From an uncultured Actinomycetota bacterium (lineage in GTDB: Bacteria > Actinomycetota > Actinomycetes > Propionibacteriales > Nocardioidaceae): 64,000 bases of DNA. The stretch's first letter is position 1. The number at the start of each line of letters is the position of its first letter. The notes under the pieces were generated by a model. That model had not been told where the DNA came from. It worked only from the letters and a program-made list of their open reading frames with translations, and searched no databases. The position numbers and the translations under genes are program-made. Shown in pieces: positions 49,438 to 59,759 of this stretch. The stretch lies in assembly GCA_963769585.1 (NCBI GenBank), contig CAVYMJ010000001.1, positions 750,178 through 814,177 on the forward strand, written 5' to 3'.

Positions 49438-51035
49438 GACACCACGACCGGGGGGATCCCCTCGTCGTCCAGGAAATGGGACTCCTCTCGCCGACGCGGC
49501 AGCATCAGCGCTGGGACCAGACAGAGCACGCACAGCAGCCAGGCCACCCAGTAGGTCTGCGCGAATGAGGACGCGGCATCGACCAGGCCCCGCGCCACCG
49601 CCGCAGGGTCGAGCCCGAGCGGAGCGAACCGGTCGGGCTGGGTGTTGGACAAGATCGCGGCGCCCGTCTCGCGGATGCCGCCTCCGGTGCCGGCGATGTC
49701 CTCGGTGCCGGGGATGATCGGCGAGTTGTTGAGGTGGTTGGTCAGCAGCACCGACATCAAAGCCACCCCGCACGACGACGCCACCTGTTGGGTGATGTTG
49801 AGCAGCGTCGAACCTCGAGCGACCTCGTGGGCCGCCAAGGTCTTCAGGGCGGAGGTGAACAGTGGCATCATCGTGCCGCCCATGCCGAACCCCATCACGA
49901 CGAGCATCACGATGATGGCCCCGTACGACGTGGTCTCGTCGATCTGGGTCAGGCCGAACATGCCGACGGCGATGCCCAGCAGTCCGAACGGCACGATGCG
50001 CCCCACCGGCATCCGGTCCACGAGCGCCCCGGCGATCGGCATGGTCAGCATCGCCCCGATGCCTTGAGGGGCGACGAGCAGACCGGCGTGCAGCGTCGAC
50101 TCCCCGCGGATCTGTTGGAAGTACGTCGGTACCAGCAGCAGCCCACCGAAGAAGGCCCCGGCGAACAGGAACATGGTAATGATCGAGAGGGTCAGGTTGC
50201 GGTGCCCGAAGAGCCGCAGGTCCAGGAGCGGATGCTCTGGTCGGAACGAGTGCCACACGAACGACGCAATCAGCAGCACCCCGGCCAGCATCGAGAGCCA
50301 GACCTTGGGCGCGCTGAAGTCGCCGCCCTCGCTCGGCAGCGACGACACGCCGAAGAGGAAGAGTGCGAGGCCGGGGGAGAGGAGCAGCATGCCGAAGAAG
50401 TCGAACGACTCGGAAGGCTCGGGGGCGTCCTTCGCCAGGACGAACCAGGCGTAGACCATCGCGGCGACTCCGAGCGGGACGTTGATCAGGAAGATCCAGT
50501 GCCAGCTCGCCTTCTCAATGACCCAGCCGCCGAGGATCGGGCCGAGGATGGGGCCCAGGAGCATCGGTACGCCGAGGATCGCCATCAGCCGGCCCATCCG
50601 AGCGGGGCCGGCGGCCCGGGTCATGATCGTCATCCCCAACGGCATCAGCATGCCGCCGCCGAGCCCCTGCAGCACCCGGAAGCCGATCAGGACATTGATG
50701 TCCCACGCCGTCGCGCACAGGGCCGACCCTGCGGTGAAGAGGAAGACCGCGGTCAGGTACAGCCGCTTGGTGCCGAAGCGGTCGGCAGCCCAGCCGGTCA
50801 GGGGGATCACGGTCGCCAGTGCCAGCGTGTAGCCGGTGACCGTCCAGGCCACGTGGGAGTAGGAGAGCTCTCGCGTCGCGCTGCCGAACTCGGACTGGAA
50901 TACGGGTAGCGCGACGTTCACGACGGTGATGTCCAGGATGGACATGATCGCGCCGAGCACGACGACCCCTGCGATCGTCAGGACCTTGGCGTCGATGTGG
51001 TCGGGATACTCGGTCTGAGGTGATGAATTGGTCAC
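49434..51035 (-). CDS. MFS transporter (DHA2/EmrB-like, 14-TM type)
   Basis: GTG 51035. ILDITVVNVALP and GWAADRFGTKR motifs. It is convergent with purB, overlapping by 4 bp. Confidence 0.85.
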   Translation of the reverse strand: MTNSSPQTEYPDHIDAKVLTIAGVVVLGAIMSILDITVVNVALPVFQSEFGSATRELSYSHVAWTVTGYTLALATVIPLTGWAADRFGTKRLYLTAVFLFTAGSALCATAWDINVLIGFRVLQGLGGGMLMPLGMTIMTRAAGPARMGRLMAILGVPMLLGPILGPILGGWVIEKASWHWIFLINVPLGVAAMVYAWFVLAKDAPEPSESFDFFGMLLLSPGLALFLFGVSSLPSEGGDFSAPKVWLSMLAGVLLIASFVWHSFRPEHPLLDLRLFGHRNLTLSIITMFLFAGAFFGGLLLVPTYFQQIRGESTLHAGLLVAPQGIGAMLTMPIAGALVDRMPVGRIVPFGLLGIAVGMFGLTQIDETTSYGAIIVMLVVMGFGMGGTMMPLFTSALKTLAAHEVARGSTLLNITQQVASSCGVALMSVLLTNHLNNSPIIPGTEDIAGTGGGIRETGAAILSNTQPDRFAPLGLDPAAVARGLVDAASSFAQTYWVAWLLCVLCLVPALMLPRRREESHFLDDEGIPPVVVS

Positions 51036-51116
51036 GGGCCCTCCCCGCGGACGGAACGATGTCGTTTCAAACCCTAGACCCGAATGCTTTGACGATCCAA
51101 GGGAGTTTCGGCAGCG

Positions 51117-51632
51117 ATGCGGTCTACGCTCCAGCCATGCTGGCGATCTTCCTCACCCGAGCCGTGTGACGTGGCCGTCGACGTCCAGGTCGAGACGACC
51201 ATCCTCCGCCCCCGCGCCGTGGTGGCGCAGTACGCCGGGGACCCCACGAACGCACCCCAGTGGTACGTCAACATCAGGTCGGTCGAGTGGCGGACGGAGC
51301 CTCCCGTCCAGGTCGGGTCGCGGCTCGACTTCGTTGCCCACTTCCTCGGTCGTCGCCTCTCCTACACCTACGAGATCGTCGACCTCGTGCCCGACGTACG
51401 GCTCGTGATGCGTACGGCGGACGGACCCTTCCCGATGGAGACGACCTACTCGTGGTCCGACGAGGGTTCCGGGACTCGGATGACGCTGGCCAACCGCGGC
51501 AACCCCTCGGGCTTCTCCAAGATCGGAGCCCCGGCCATGGCCGCGGCCATGCGCCGCGCGACCAGCAAGGACCTCGCCCGTCTCAAGGCGATCCTGGAAG
51601 CTCAGCCAGGGCCGTCTTTGACCGCCCCCTAG
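51117..51632 (+). CDS. SRPBCC (polyketide cyclase/dehydrase-like) family protein
   Basis: The size and the pattern VDVQVETTILRPRAVVAQYAGDPTNAPQWY are typical of this fold. GTG 51171 is a likely alternative start. Confidence 0.6.
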   Translation: MRSTLQPCWRSSSPEPCDVAVDVQVETTILRPRAVVAQYAGDPTNAPQWYVNIRSVEWRTEPPVQVGSRLDFVAHFLGRRLSYTYEIVDLVPDVRLVMRTADGPFPMETTYSWSDEGSGTRMTLANRGNPSGFSKIGAPAMAAAMRRATSKDLARLKAILEAQPGPSLTAP

Positions 51633-51642
51633 TCTCGCTTGC

Positions 51643-53127
51643 ATGAACGCAATGGTCTGCAGCGCGGACCGGCTGGCCTCCGAGGCCGGGGTCCTGGTCC
51701 TGGGCCGGGGCGGCAACGCAGTCGACGCGGCGATCGCCACGAACGCCGTTCTCGCGGTCACCGCGCCGCACCTGTGTGGCATGGGCGGCGACCTGATCGC
51801 CCTGGTGCACGACGGGACGGTGAAGGCGCTCAACGCCTCGGGGAGAGCCGGGTCCGGAGCCTCCGCGGCGAGGCTGCGCGAGCAGGGTCACACCCGGATG
51901 CCGGTGCTGCACGACATCCGGTCGGTGCCGGTTCCAGGCTGCGTCGACGGCTGGCTCGCACTGCACACCGCCTATGCGCGGCTGCCGCTCGACGAGCTCT
52001 TCGCTCCGGCGGTCCGCCTTGCAGAGCAGGGCTTTCCGGCTTCGCCCCTGCTCCTGCCCAGGCTCCACGACGTACCGCTGGAGTCCTCAGCAGGCGTGGT
52101 GCGCCGACCCGGCATCGCCCGAGTGCTCCGGTCGATCGGGGCCGCTGGACGCGACGGCTTCTACCGGGGCGAGTTCGGGGCCGGGCTGGTCGAGCTCGGC
52201 GCCGGCGAGTACGACGAGGACGACCTGACCCGCGTCAACGCCGACTGGGTCGAACCGTTGCGGATCGACGCGTTCGGTCACGAGATCTGGACGGCACCGC
52301 CCAACTCGCAGGGGTACCTTCTCCTGCTGGCACTGGGGATCGCCGACGGGCTCGACCTGCCGGACGACCCGAGCGACCCGTTGTGGGCCCACCTCCTGGT
52401 CGAGTCCTCGCGGGCTGCCGGCTATGACCGACTGGAAGTCCTGCACGAGCACGCCACGGCGCCCTTGCACGACATCGAGCGCCGACGCGCGCTGGTCGAC
52501 CCGGCCCGGCGGATGCAGCTGCCCAGCCTCGGCGCGGAGGGCGGAACCGCCTACCTGTGCGTCGTCGACGGCGAGGGGCTGGGAGTCTCGCTCATCCAGT
52601 CCAACGCCCTGGGTTTCGGCAGCCTGCTGTGGGAGCCCCGCACCGGCATCAACCTGCAGAACCGTGGCATCGGGTTCTCCCTCGAGGAGGGTCACCCCGC
52701 CGAGTACGGACCCGGGCGGCGACCTCCGCACACCCTCGTTCCCGGAATCGTCACCCGGTCGGACGGCTCGCTGCGCACGGTCCTGGGCACGATGGGGGGC
52801 GATGCGCAGCCCCAGATCCTCCTCCAGCTGCTGACCAGGCTGCTGCGGCACGACCAGGGTCCGGAGTCCGCGGTCGCGGCCCCGCGCTGGCGGCTGACGA
52901 CCCGGGGCAGTGGCTTCGACACCTGGGAAGGTCCCGACGCGGTGCCGGTCGGTCTCGAGGAGGGAACCCCGTGGGCCGACGGGCTGACGGAGCGCGGTCA
53001 TCGCGTCGCGGCGGCGCCGTACGGCGGGGCCTTCGGCCACGCGCACCTGATCGACGTACACCCCGACGGTGGGCTCGCGGGCGCAGCAGACCCCAGGGCT
53101 GTCGTGGGCGCGGCCCTGCGGGGCTGA
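51643..53127 (+). CDS. gamma-glutamyltransferase family protein
   Basis: GGNAVDAAIA...GMGGD N-terminal region, probable autoprocessing Thr in EGGTAYLCVVD, and GTMGGDAQPQ near the C-terminus. Confidence 0.85.
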   Translation: MNAMVCSADRLASEAGVLVLGRGGNAVDAAIATNAVLAVTAPHLCGMGGDLIALVHDGTVKALNASGRAGSGASAARLREQGHTRMPVLHDIRSVPVPGCVDGWLALHTAYARLPLDELFAPAVRLAEQGFPASPLLLPRLHDVPLESSAGVVRRPGIARVLRSIGAAGRDGFYRGEFGAGLVELGAGEYDEDDLTRVNADWVEPLRIDAFGHEIWTAPPNSQGYLLLLALGIADGLDLPDDPSDPLWAHLLVESSRAAGYDRLEVLHEHATAPLHDIERRRALVDPARRMQLPSLGAEGGTAYLCVVDGEGLGVSLIQSNALGFGSLLWEPRTGINLQNRGIGFSLEEGHPAEYGPGRRPPHTLVPGIVTRSDGSLRTVLGTMGGDAQPQILLQLLTRLLRHDQGPESAVAAPRWRLTTRGSGFDTWEGPDAVPVGLEEGTPWADGLTERGHRVAAAPYGGAFGHAHLIDVHPDGGLAGAADPRAVVGAALRG

Positions 53128-53203
53128 ACGTCGTCCCGCCGTCAGGACGGTCACCCCGTGGACTGATGAGACGCACCAGTGGTGGACGCCCTAACGTCGA
53201 GCC

Positions 53204-54868
53204 ATGGGTGCCTTTGACTACGACGTGATCGTGATCGGCTCGGGCTTCGGCGGCAGCGTCAGCGCGCTGCGACTGGCGGAGAAGGGCTACAAGGTCGCGG
53301 TGCTGGAGTCCGGGCGCCGGTGGAACGCCGAGGACTTCCCGTCGTCGAACTGGAACCTGCGCAAGTCGATCTGGGCGCCACGCCTGGGGCTGACCGGGCC
53401 ACAGCGGATCAGCGTGCTGGGCAAGTGCTTGGTCTTCAGCGGCTCCGGAGTCGGCGGAGGCTCGCTCATCTACGGCAACACGCTGTACGAGCCGCTGCCC
53501 GAGTTCTACACCGACCCGGCCTGGGGTCACATCACCGACTGGCAGGCCGAGCTTGCGCCGTACTACGACCAGGCGAAGCGGATGCTCGGCGTGGGGACGA
53601 ACCCGCGCACTACCGCCGCCGACGAGGTGCTGCTCGACATCGCCAAGGACCTCGGGGTCGCCGAGACGTTCCATCGCACCAACGTCGGCGTCTTCTTCAA
53701 CGAAGGCAGCGAAGGGGTCGAGGTCGACGACCCGTACTTCGGTGGCGCCGGCCCCCGACGTGCCGGGTGCCTGCACTGTTCGGAGTGCTTCACCGGCTGC
53801 ACGCACAATGCGAAGAACACGACGACGACGAACTACCTCTACCTCGCCGAGCAGCTGGGCGCCGAGGTGCATCCACTCACCACGGTGACGTCGGTACGTC
53901 CGCACAAGCAGGGGTACGCAGTCGAGACCGCCCGCTCCGACCGGTGGGTCCGCAAGGGCCGGAAGACGCTCACCGCCGAGCACGTGGTCTTCGCGGCCGC
54001 GGCGCTGGGGACGCAGAAGCTCCTGCACAAGCTGAAGGCCGAGGGCACGCTGCCGGGCCTCTCGCCGCGGCTCGGTGAGCTCACCCGCAGCAACTCCGAG
54101 GCGATCCTCGCCGTGACCAGCAAGAGCCGCGAGGACTTCGCGGACGGCGTAGCGATCACCTCGTCGTTCCACCCGGAGCCGACCACGCACATCGAGGTCT
54201 GCACCTACGGAAAGGGCCACAACGCCCTGTTCCTGCAGACCACCCCGCTGGTCGACGGTGGGGCATTCCGCTTCCTGCGACTGCTGCTCACGATCCTGCT
54301 CCACCCCGTCAGGTTCCTGCGCACCCAGAACGCCCGTGGCGCCGCCGAGCGGTCGGTGATCCTGCTGGCCATGCAGTCGCTGGACAACTCGCTCACGTCG
54401 TACCTCAAGGGCAAGCGGCTGGTCACCAGGCAGGGCACCGGTGAGCCCAACCCGACGTGGATCCCGCTCGCACACGACGTTGCCCGGCGCTTCGCCAAGA
54501 AGGTGGACGGCGTTCCGCAGAGCGTGGCTAGCGACATCTTCAACGTGCCTGCTACAGCGCACTACATCGGAGGCGCGGTGATCGGGGACTCTGCTTCCAC
54601 CGGCGTCATCGACCCCTACCAACGGGTGTACGGACACCCCGGCCTGCACATCGCCGACGGCGCCGCGGTGACCGCCAACCTCGGGGTCAACCCGTCGCTG
54701 ACGATCACCGCCCAGGCCGAGCGCGCGATGGCCTTCTGGCCGAACAAGGGTGGGGCCGACCCCCGGCCGGCCCTGGGCACGCCGTACCAGCGGATCAGCC
54801 CGGTTCCGCCCGCTGCGCCTGCGGTGCCGGCCACGGCCCCCGGCGCCCTGAGGCTGGAGAGCGCATAG
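53204..54868 (+). CDS. GMC family FAD oxidoreductase (cholesterol-oxidase/ChoD-like)
   Basis: FAD fingerprint YDVIVIGSGFGGSVSALRLAEKG and the C-terminal GMC region HIADGAAVTANLGVNPSLTI. Confidence 0.8.
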   Translation: MGAFDYDVIVIGSGFGGSVSALRLAEKGYKVAVLESGRRWNAEDFPSSNWNLRKSIWAPRLGLTGPQRISVLGKCLVFSGSGVGGGSLIYGNTLYEPLPEFYTDPAWGHITDWQAELAPYYDQAKRMLGVGTNPRTTAADEVLLDIAKDLGVAETFHRTNVGVFFNEGSEGVEVDDPYFGGAGPRRAGCLHCSECFTGCTHNAKNTTTTNYLYLAEQLGAEVHPLTTVTSVRPHKQGYAVETARSDRWVRKGRKTLTAEHVVFAAAALGTQKLLHKLKAEGTLPGLSPRLGELTRSNSEAILAVTSKSREDFADGVAITSSFHPEPTTHIEVCTYGKGHNALFLQTTPLVDGGAFRFLRLLLTILLHPVRFLRTQNARGAAERSVILLAMQSLDNSLTSYLKGKRLVTRQGTGEPNPTWIPLAHDVARRFAKKVDGVPQSVASDIFNVPATAHYIGGAVIGDSASTGVIDPYQRVYGHPGLHIADGAAVTANLGVNPSLTITAQAERAMAFWPNKGGADPRPALGTPYQRISPVPPAAPAVPATAPGALRLESA

Positions 54869-54879
54869 GGTCTCCTCCC

Positions 54880-55770
54880 ATGAGCGACCCCGGCGCCAAC
54901 ATCCCGCCCGCACCCGAGATCGAGGGCGCCGAGCCCGTGCACTCGGGCAAGGTCCGTGACCTCTACCGCCTCGGTGACGGCAACCTGTTGATGGTCGCCA
55001 GTGACCGGATCTCTGCCTACGACTGGGTGCTGGAGAGCACAATTCCGGACAAGGGCCAGATCCTGACCCGGATGTCGCTGTGGTGGTTCGACCAGCTGGG
55101 CGGACTGGTCCCCAACCACGTGGTCAGCACCGACGTGCCGGACGTGGTCGCGGGGCGCGCAGTGGTCTGTGAGGCGTTGGAGATGTTCCCGGTCGAATGC
55201 GTGGCTCGCGGCTACCTGACCGGCAGCGGTCTGGCCGACTACCGCGAAACAGGCGCCGTCTGCGGGGTCGAGCTGCCGCCCGGCCTCGAGGAGGCCAGCC
55301 GGCTGGAGGAGCCGATCTTCACTCCGGCGACCAAGGCCGCCGTCGGAGACCACGACGAGAACGTCTCGTTCGAGCACGTCGCCACCCAGATCGGGGGTGA
55401 CCTCGCCGCCGAGCTCAAGGCGCTCACCCTGGCGGTCTATGCCACGGCCGAGCGCGTCGCCCGCGAGCAGGGCATCATCCTGGCCGACACCAAGCTCGAG
55501 TTCGGCACCCGCGCGGACGGGACCATCGTGCTGGCCGACGAGGTGCTCACCCCGGACTCCTCGCGATTCTGGCCCGCAGACCAGTGGCAGCCGGGCCACG
55601 TGCAGGCGTCGTACGACAAGCAGATCGTGCGCAACTGGCTCGTCTCCGACGAGAGCGGCTGGGACCGCTCGTCGGGTGCCGCGCCGCCTCCGCTACCGCA
55701 GGAGGTCGTCGATCTGACGCGGGCGAAGTACGTCGAGGCCTACCAGCGTCTGACCGGCGAGCGCTTCTGA
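54880..55770 (+). CDS. purC: phosphoribosylaminoimidazole-succinocarboxamide (SAICAR) synthase
   Basis: SGKVRDLY, ASDRISAYD and LADTKLEFG motifs. Confidence 0.95.
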   Translation: MSDPGANIPPAPEIEGAEPVHSGKVRDLYRLGDGNLLMVASDRISAYDWVLESTIPDKGQILTRMSLWWFDQLGGLVPNHVVSTDVPDVVAGRAVVCEALEMFPVECVARGYLTGSGLADYRETGAVCGVELPPGLEEASRLEEPIFTPATKAAVGDHDENVSFEHVATQIGGDLAAELKALTLAVYATAERVAREQGIILADTKLEFGTRADGTIVLADEVLTPDSSRFWPADQWQPGHVQASYDKQIVRNWLVSDESGWDRSSGAAPPPLPQEVVDLTRAKYVEAYQRLTGERF

Positions 55771-55773
55771 GCC

Positions 55774-56193
55774 TCAGCCGGTCGCGGGACCCCGGACCAG
55801 ACGCAGCGACTCGACGCAGGAGCGGTCACCGTCGCGGCCGACCGTCACCTCCCACTCGGCGGTCTCGGAGCCGGTCACCGTGAGGCGGAAGCTCCCGGTC
55901 TCCTCGCCGCTGAGGGCGGCTGCGGCGGCACTGGCCCCTTGCTGGCCGGCGTACGACGTCAGCTCTGGGGTCGGTGACCCACAGGCGAGCTCGGCGGCGA
56001 ACTCGCGGTCCGCGTTGTCGACGGCCTCGACGGCGAGGGAGGCCACGTCCTGGACGGTGCTGGCCCTCGACGGGTCGCCGTGCCGGTTCGCGAGGTAGGC
56101 AAGCACTGCCACCAGGAGCGCGAAGACGACCACTGCCCCAGCCAGGGCCAGGGGGAACCAGCTTCGCTGCTCATCCGGTTGCTGTGAACTCAT
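55774..56193 (-). CDS. hypothetical membrane-anchored protein
   Basis: ATG 56193 is preceded by GGGAG. There is a single TM helix (WFPLALAGAVVVFALLVAVLAYL). Confidence 0.5.
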   Translation of the reverse strand: MSSQQPDEQRSWFPLALAGAVVVFALLVAVLAYLANRHGDPSRASTVQDVASLAVEAVDNADREFAAELACGSPTPELTSYAGQQGASAAAAALSGEETGSFRLTVTGSETAEWEVTVGRDGDRSCVESLRLVRGPATG

Positions 56194-56261
56194 CGTGCTC
56201 CCGTACCCATCGGTGGTGTCGTCGCAGTAAGTTTGCCCCACCCGATCCGCAGGAGGACCTC

Positions 56262-57818
56262 GTGCTCAACCTCGCTTCGCTACTCGAAGACAGTGCCCGC
56301 AAGCATCCGGAACGCGACGCGGTGGTGCTGGGCGACACGCGCCTGGACTACAGGTCGGTGGACGCTGTGGCCAGCCAGGTGGCAAACCTGCTGGTGAGCC
56401 GAGGTATCAAGCCGGGTGACCGGGTCGCGTTGAGCTGTCCGAACCTGCCCTACTTCCCGATCGCTTACTACGGGATCCTCAAGGCGGGTGCCGTCGTGGT
56501 GCCGCTCAACGTCCTGCTCAAGGGACGCGAGGTGGGTTACCACCTGTCCGACTCCGAAGCGAAGGCGTACTTCTGCTTCGAAGGCACTGCCGATCTCCCG
56601 ATGGGGAAGGAGGGCTGGGCCGGCTTCAACGGGGCCGCTGGCTGCGAGCACTTCTTCCTGATCACCGCGACGCTCGGCGCAGAGTCGCCGATCGAAGGGG
56701 CAGAGACGTTCGCCGCTGCGCTCGGCGGCCAGGCTCCAGCGTTCGAGACCGTCGTCACCGAGGCGACCGACACGGCAGTGATCCTCTACACCTCCGGGAC
56801 GACGGGTCAGCCCAAGGGCGCCGAGCTCTCCCACGCGAACCTGGTGCTGAACGCACTGACCTGCAACCGTCTCTTCGGCGCCCAGGCGACCGAGCACGAG
56901 CGTCACCTCCTCACGCTGCCGCTGTTCCACTCGTTCGGCTCGACGGTTCAGATGAACGCCGGGTTCTCGGTCGGCGCGACCCTGGTACTGCTGCCGCGCT
57001 TCGACGCCGAGCAGGCTGTCGCCCTGCTGCAGAAGGAGAACATCACGTTCTTCGCGGGCGTGCCCACGATGTACTGGGGTCTGCTCGGCGCGTTGACCGA
57101 CAGCGTCGACGTCGGACTGATCGCACGGAACATGCGCATCGCCGTCTCCGGTGGGGCCAGCCTGCCGGTGGAGATCATCAAGCAGGTCCAGGACCGCTTC
57201 GGCGTACAGATCCTGGAGGGCTACGGGCTGTCGGAGACCTCCCCGGTCGCGACCTTCTCCGATCCAGAGCGTGAGCCCCGGCCTGGCTCGATCGGGGTGC
57301 CCATCTGGGGGATCGAGTGCAAGCTCATCGACGACGACTGGAACACCATCGAGGGTCACGGTGACGAGAACGTCGGCGAGATCGCGATCCGTGGCCACAA
57401 CATCATGAAGGGCTACTACAACCGACCCGAGGCGACGGCTGAGGTGATGAAGGACGGCTGGTTCCGGACCGGAGACCTCGCCCGTCGTGACGAGGACGAC
57501 TTCTACTACATCGTCGACCGGGCCAAGGACATGATCATTCGCGGTGGCTTCAACGTCTACCCGCGCGAGATCGAGGAGGTCCTGATGAGCCACGGCGACG
57601 TCTCGCTCGCCGCGGTGATCGGAGTGCCCCACGACAGTCACGGCGAGGAGATCAAGGCGTTCATCATCCTGAACGAGGGCGCGAACCTCACCGAGGACGA
57701 CCTGGTCGCCTGGAGCAAGGAGCAGATGGCGGCGTACAAGTACCCGCGGATCGTGGAGTTCGTGGGCACGCTCCCGATGACGGCGACCGGCAAGATCCTC
57801 AAGCGCGAGCTGAGCTAG
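56262..57818 (+). CDS. long-chain acyl-CoA synthetase (AMP-binding, FadD-like)
   Basis: AGGAGGA lies 4 nt before GTG 56262. AMP-binding motif YTSGTTGQPKG. Also GYGLSETSP, the TGDL...DRAKDMI hinge and the terminal GKILKREL. Confidence 0.9.
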   Translation: MLNLASLLEDSARKHPERDAVVLGDTRLDYRSVDAVASQVANLLVSRGIKPGDRVALSCPNLPYFPIAYYGILKAGAVVVPLNVLLKGREVGYHLSDSEAKAYFCFEGTADLPMGKEGWAGFNGAAGCEHFFLITATLGAESPIEGAETFAAALGGQAPAFETVVTEATDTAVILYTSGTTGQPKGAELSHANLVLNALTCNRLFGAQATEHERHLLTLPLFHSFGSTVQMNAGFSVGATLVLLPRFDAEQAVALLQKENITFFAGVPTMYWGLLGALTDSVDVGLIARNMRIAVSGGASLPVEIIKQVQDRFGVQILEGYGLSETSPVATFSDPEREPRPGSIGVPIWGIECKLIDDDWNTIEGHGDENVGEIAIRGHNIMKGYYNRPEATAEVMKDGWFRTGDLARRDEDDFYYIVDRAKDMIIRGGFNVYPREIEEVLMSHGDVSLAAVIGVPHDSHGEEIKAFIILNEGANLTEDDLVAWSKEQMAAYKYPRIVEFVGTLPMTATGKILKRELS

Positions 57819-58036
57819 CGCCGGGCGTCCCTGCCGAGGAACGCCGCGAAGCAGGACATCAGCGCGAGCCCTCCTCCGACCACGAGCACGGGGTCGCTGA
57901 CCCCGCTCCTGGCGAGGACGCCCACCAGGGTGAGTATGGCGACGACGTACCCGGCGATCCTCCAGTCGTCACCGATGACCAAGTCCCACCAGAAGTAGCC
58001 GAACGCCTTGAGGAACGTCGTGCCGGGAAGCTTCAT
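57815..58036 (-). CDS. small (73-aa) membrane protein
   Basis: ATG 58036 overlaps the stop of the upstream membrane gene (ATGA). Two hydrophobic segments. The 243-aa track ORF is an over-extension. Confidence 0.5.
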   Translation of the reverse strand: MKLPGTTFLKAFGYFWWDLVIGDDWRIAGYVVAILTLVGVLARSGVSDPVLVVGGGLALMSCFAAFLGRDARR

Positions 58037-58797
58037 GCCGGCACCTGCTCCTTGCGCAGCGCCCTGGCCAGGACTTGGGTCAGGACGACCCAGGCGACCA
58101 GGATGACGACCAGAGCAGCCTTTCCGCCGGGCCACTCGAGGCTCTCGTGGCCGCTCCGGACGTAGCCGATGCCCTCCAGCGACCAGAAGGTGCCGAAGCT
58201 GGTGAGCATCAGCCCTACGGCGTACTTGAGCGTGTTCTCCGGGACGGACGCCAACGGCTTGCGGAACCCGACGCCCAGTGCCACGACGGCGACGCCGGCC
58301 ACAACCGCGCCTGCCACGGCCAGGCCGAGCGCGTCGGCGGAGAGCCCGAACGTCAGCACGATGAAGACCACCTCGACGCCCTCGAGGAAGACACCCTTGG
58401 CCGAGACCATGAACGCGAACAGGTCGATCCCGGCGTACGTCGTGCGTGCGGCCTTGGCGGCTGCGGCCTGCTGTTCGGCGTACTCCGCCTCCTCGTCGTG
58501 CAGGGGCTTGTTGCCTGACTGGCGAAGCACCGCCTTGCGGAGCCACTGCAACCCGAAGACGAGCAACAGGACGCCGATGACCAGCTGGAGGAGGGCTTCG
58601 GGCAGCCAGGTCTGGATGGCGTAGCCGAGCAGGGCCGTGAAGGCAACCAGGGCTACGATCGCGCTTGCTGCCCCGGCGAGCGCAGAGCGCCAGCCTCGGG
58701 TCACGCCCATGGCAAGGACGATCGTGAAGGCCTCGACGAACTCGACCAGGGACGCGACGAAGACCGATCCCACCAAAGCGGCCGTCGTGCCAGTCAT
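58033..58797 (-). CDS. integral membrane protein with an internal two-fold repeat (COG4280 / GDT1-TMEM165-like; tentative)
   Basis: 254 aa. Repeated acidic-helix motifs [15 protein letters not shown] and [15 protein letters not shown] are separated by a charged loop. Confidence 0.6.
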   Translation of the reverse strand: MTGTTAALVGSVFVASLVEFVEAFTIVLAMGVTRGWRSALAGAASAIVALVAFTALLGYAIQTWLPEALLQLVIGVLLLVFGLQWLRKAVLRQSGNKPLHDEEAEYAEQQAAAAKAARTTYAGIDLFAFMVSAKGVFLEGVEVVFIVLTFGLSADALGLAVAGAVVAGVAVVALGVGFRKPLASVPENTLKYAVGLMLTSFGTFWSLEGIGYVRSGHESLEWPGGKAALVVILVAWVVLTQVLARALRKEQVPA

Positions 58798-58848
58798 CGC
58801 ATCAGCCTAGATACACTGACCTCACCGTCAGACCCAGAGGGAGTTTTC

Positions 58849-59091
58849 GTGGCCCGCGTCATCGTCGCAGTCATGCCCAAGCCGGAGATCCTCGACCCCC
58901 AGGGCAAGGCCGTGCATGGCGCCCTGCCCCGGCTCGGGTTCGACGGGATCACCGACGTCCGTCAGGGCAAGCGCTTCGAGATCGAGGTGGACGGCGAGCT
59001 GACCGACGAGAAGCTCAAGGAGATCCACGAGGTCGCCGAGAGGCTCCTGTCGAACCCGGTGATCGAGGACTACACGGTGGAGGTGCCGTGA
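58849..59091 (+). CDS. purS: phosphoribosylformylglycinamidine synthase subunit PurS
   Basis: 80 aa. [14 protein letters not shown] is typical of PurS. GTG start after GGGAG. Confidence 0.9.
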   Translation: MARVIVAVMPKPEILDPQGKAVHGALPRLGFDGITDVRQGKRFEIEVDGELTDEKLKEIHEVAERLLSNPVIEDYTVEVP

Positions 59092-59759
59092 AGATCGGCG
59101 TCGTCACGTTTCCCGGTTCCCTTGACGACGTCGACGCCCAGCGCGCCGTACGCCTCGCCGGGGGGGAAGCGGTTGCCCTGTGGCACGGTGACCACGACCT
59201 GCTGGGGGTCGACGCCGTCGTACTGCCGGGGGGGTTCTCCTACGGCGACTACCTGCGCTGCGGAGCCATCTCGCGTTTCGCGCCGGTGATGACGGAGGTC
59301 ATCGACGCAGCTGGTCGGGGGATGCCCGTGCTGGGCATCTGCAACGGCTTCCAGATCCTCTGCGAGTCCCACCTTCTGCCCGGCGCGTTGATCCGCAACG
59401 ACCACCGGAAGTTCGTGTGCAAGGACCAGCGGCTGCGCATCGAGAACAACCGCACCCCTTGGACCAGTCAGTACGACGAGGGCGCCGAGGTCACGATCGT
59501 CCTCAAGAACGGAGAGGGCGGCTACATCGCTGACGAGGCCACGCTCGACCGGCTCGAGGGCGAGGGCCGGGTCCTGGCCCGGTATGTCGGCGACAACCCG
59601 AACGGTTCCCTGCGCGACATCGCCGGCGTGACCAATGACAAGGGCAACGTCGTCGGCCTGATGCCCCACCCCGAGCACGCCGTAGAGGACCTCTGTGGCC
59701 CCGGCAGCGACGGTCTCGGCTTCTTCAGCTCAGTCCTCAAGGCACTCGCCTCCCGTTGA
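59088..59759 (+). CDS. purQ: phosphoribosylformylglycinamidine synthase subunit PurQ (glutaminase)
   Basis: GTGA overlap with purS. Catalytic Cys in GICNGFQ and MPHPEH near the C-terminus. Confidence 0.95.
   Translation: MKIGVVTFPGSLDDVDAQRAVRLAGGEAVALWHGDHDLLGVDAVVLPGGFSYGDYLRCGAISRFAPVMTEVIDAAGRGMPVLGICNGFQILCESHLLPGALIRNDHRKFVCKDQRLRIENNRTPWTSQYDEGAEVTIVLKNGEGGYIADEATLDRLEGEGRVLARYVGDNPNGSLRDIAGVTNDKGNVVGLMPHPEHAVEDLCGPGSDGLGFFSSVLKALASR

Noticed and set aside
47758-50256. 832-aa minus-strand ORF spanning purD, purB and part of the MFS gene
   Set aside because: It is antisense to two unmistakable pur genes and out of frame with the real MFS gene. The composition is low-complexity Arg/Gly/Asp/His.
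52751-55042. 763-aa minus-strand ORF
   Set aside because: It is antisense to the GGT 3' end, the GMC oxidoreductase and the purC start, all of which have clear family motifs on the plus strand.
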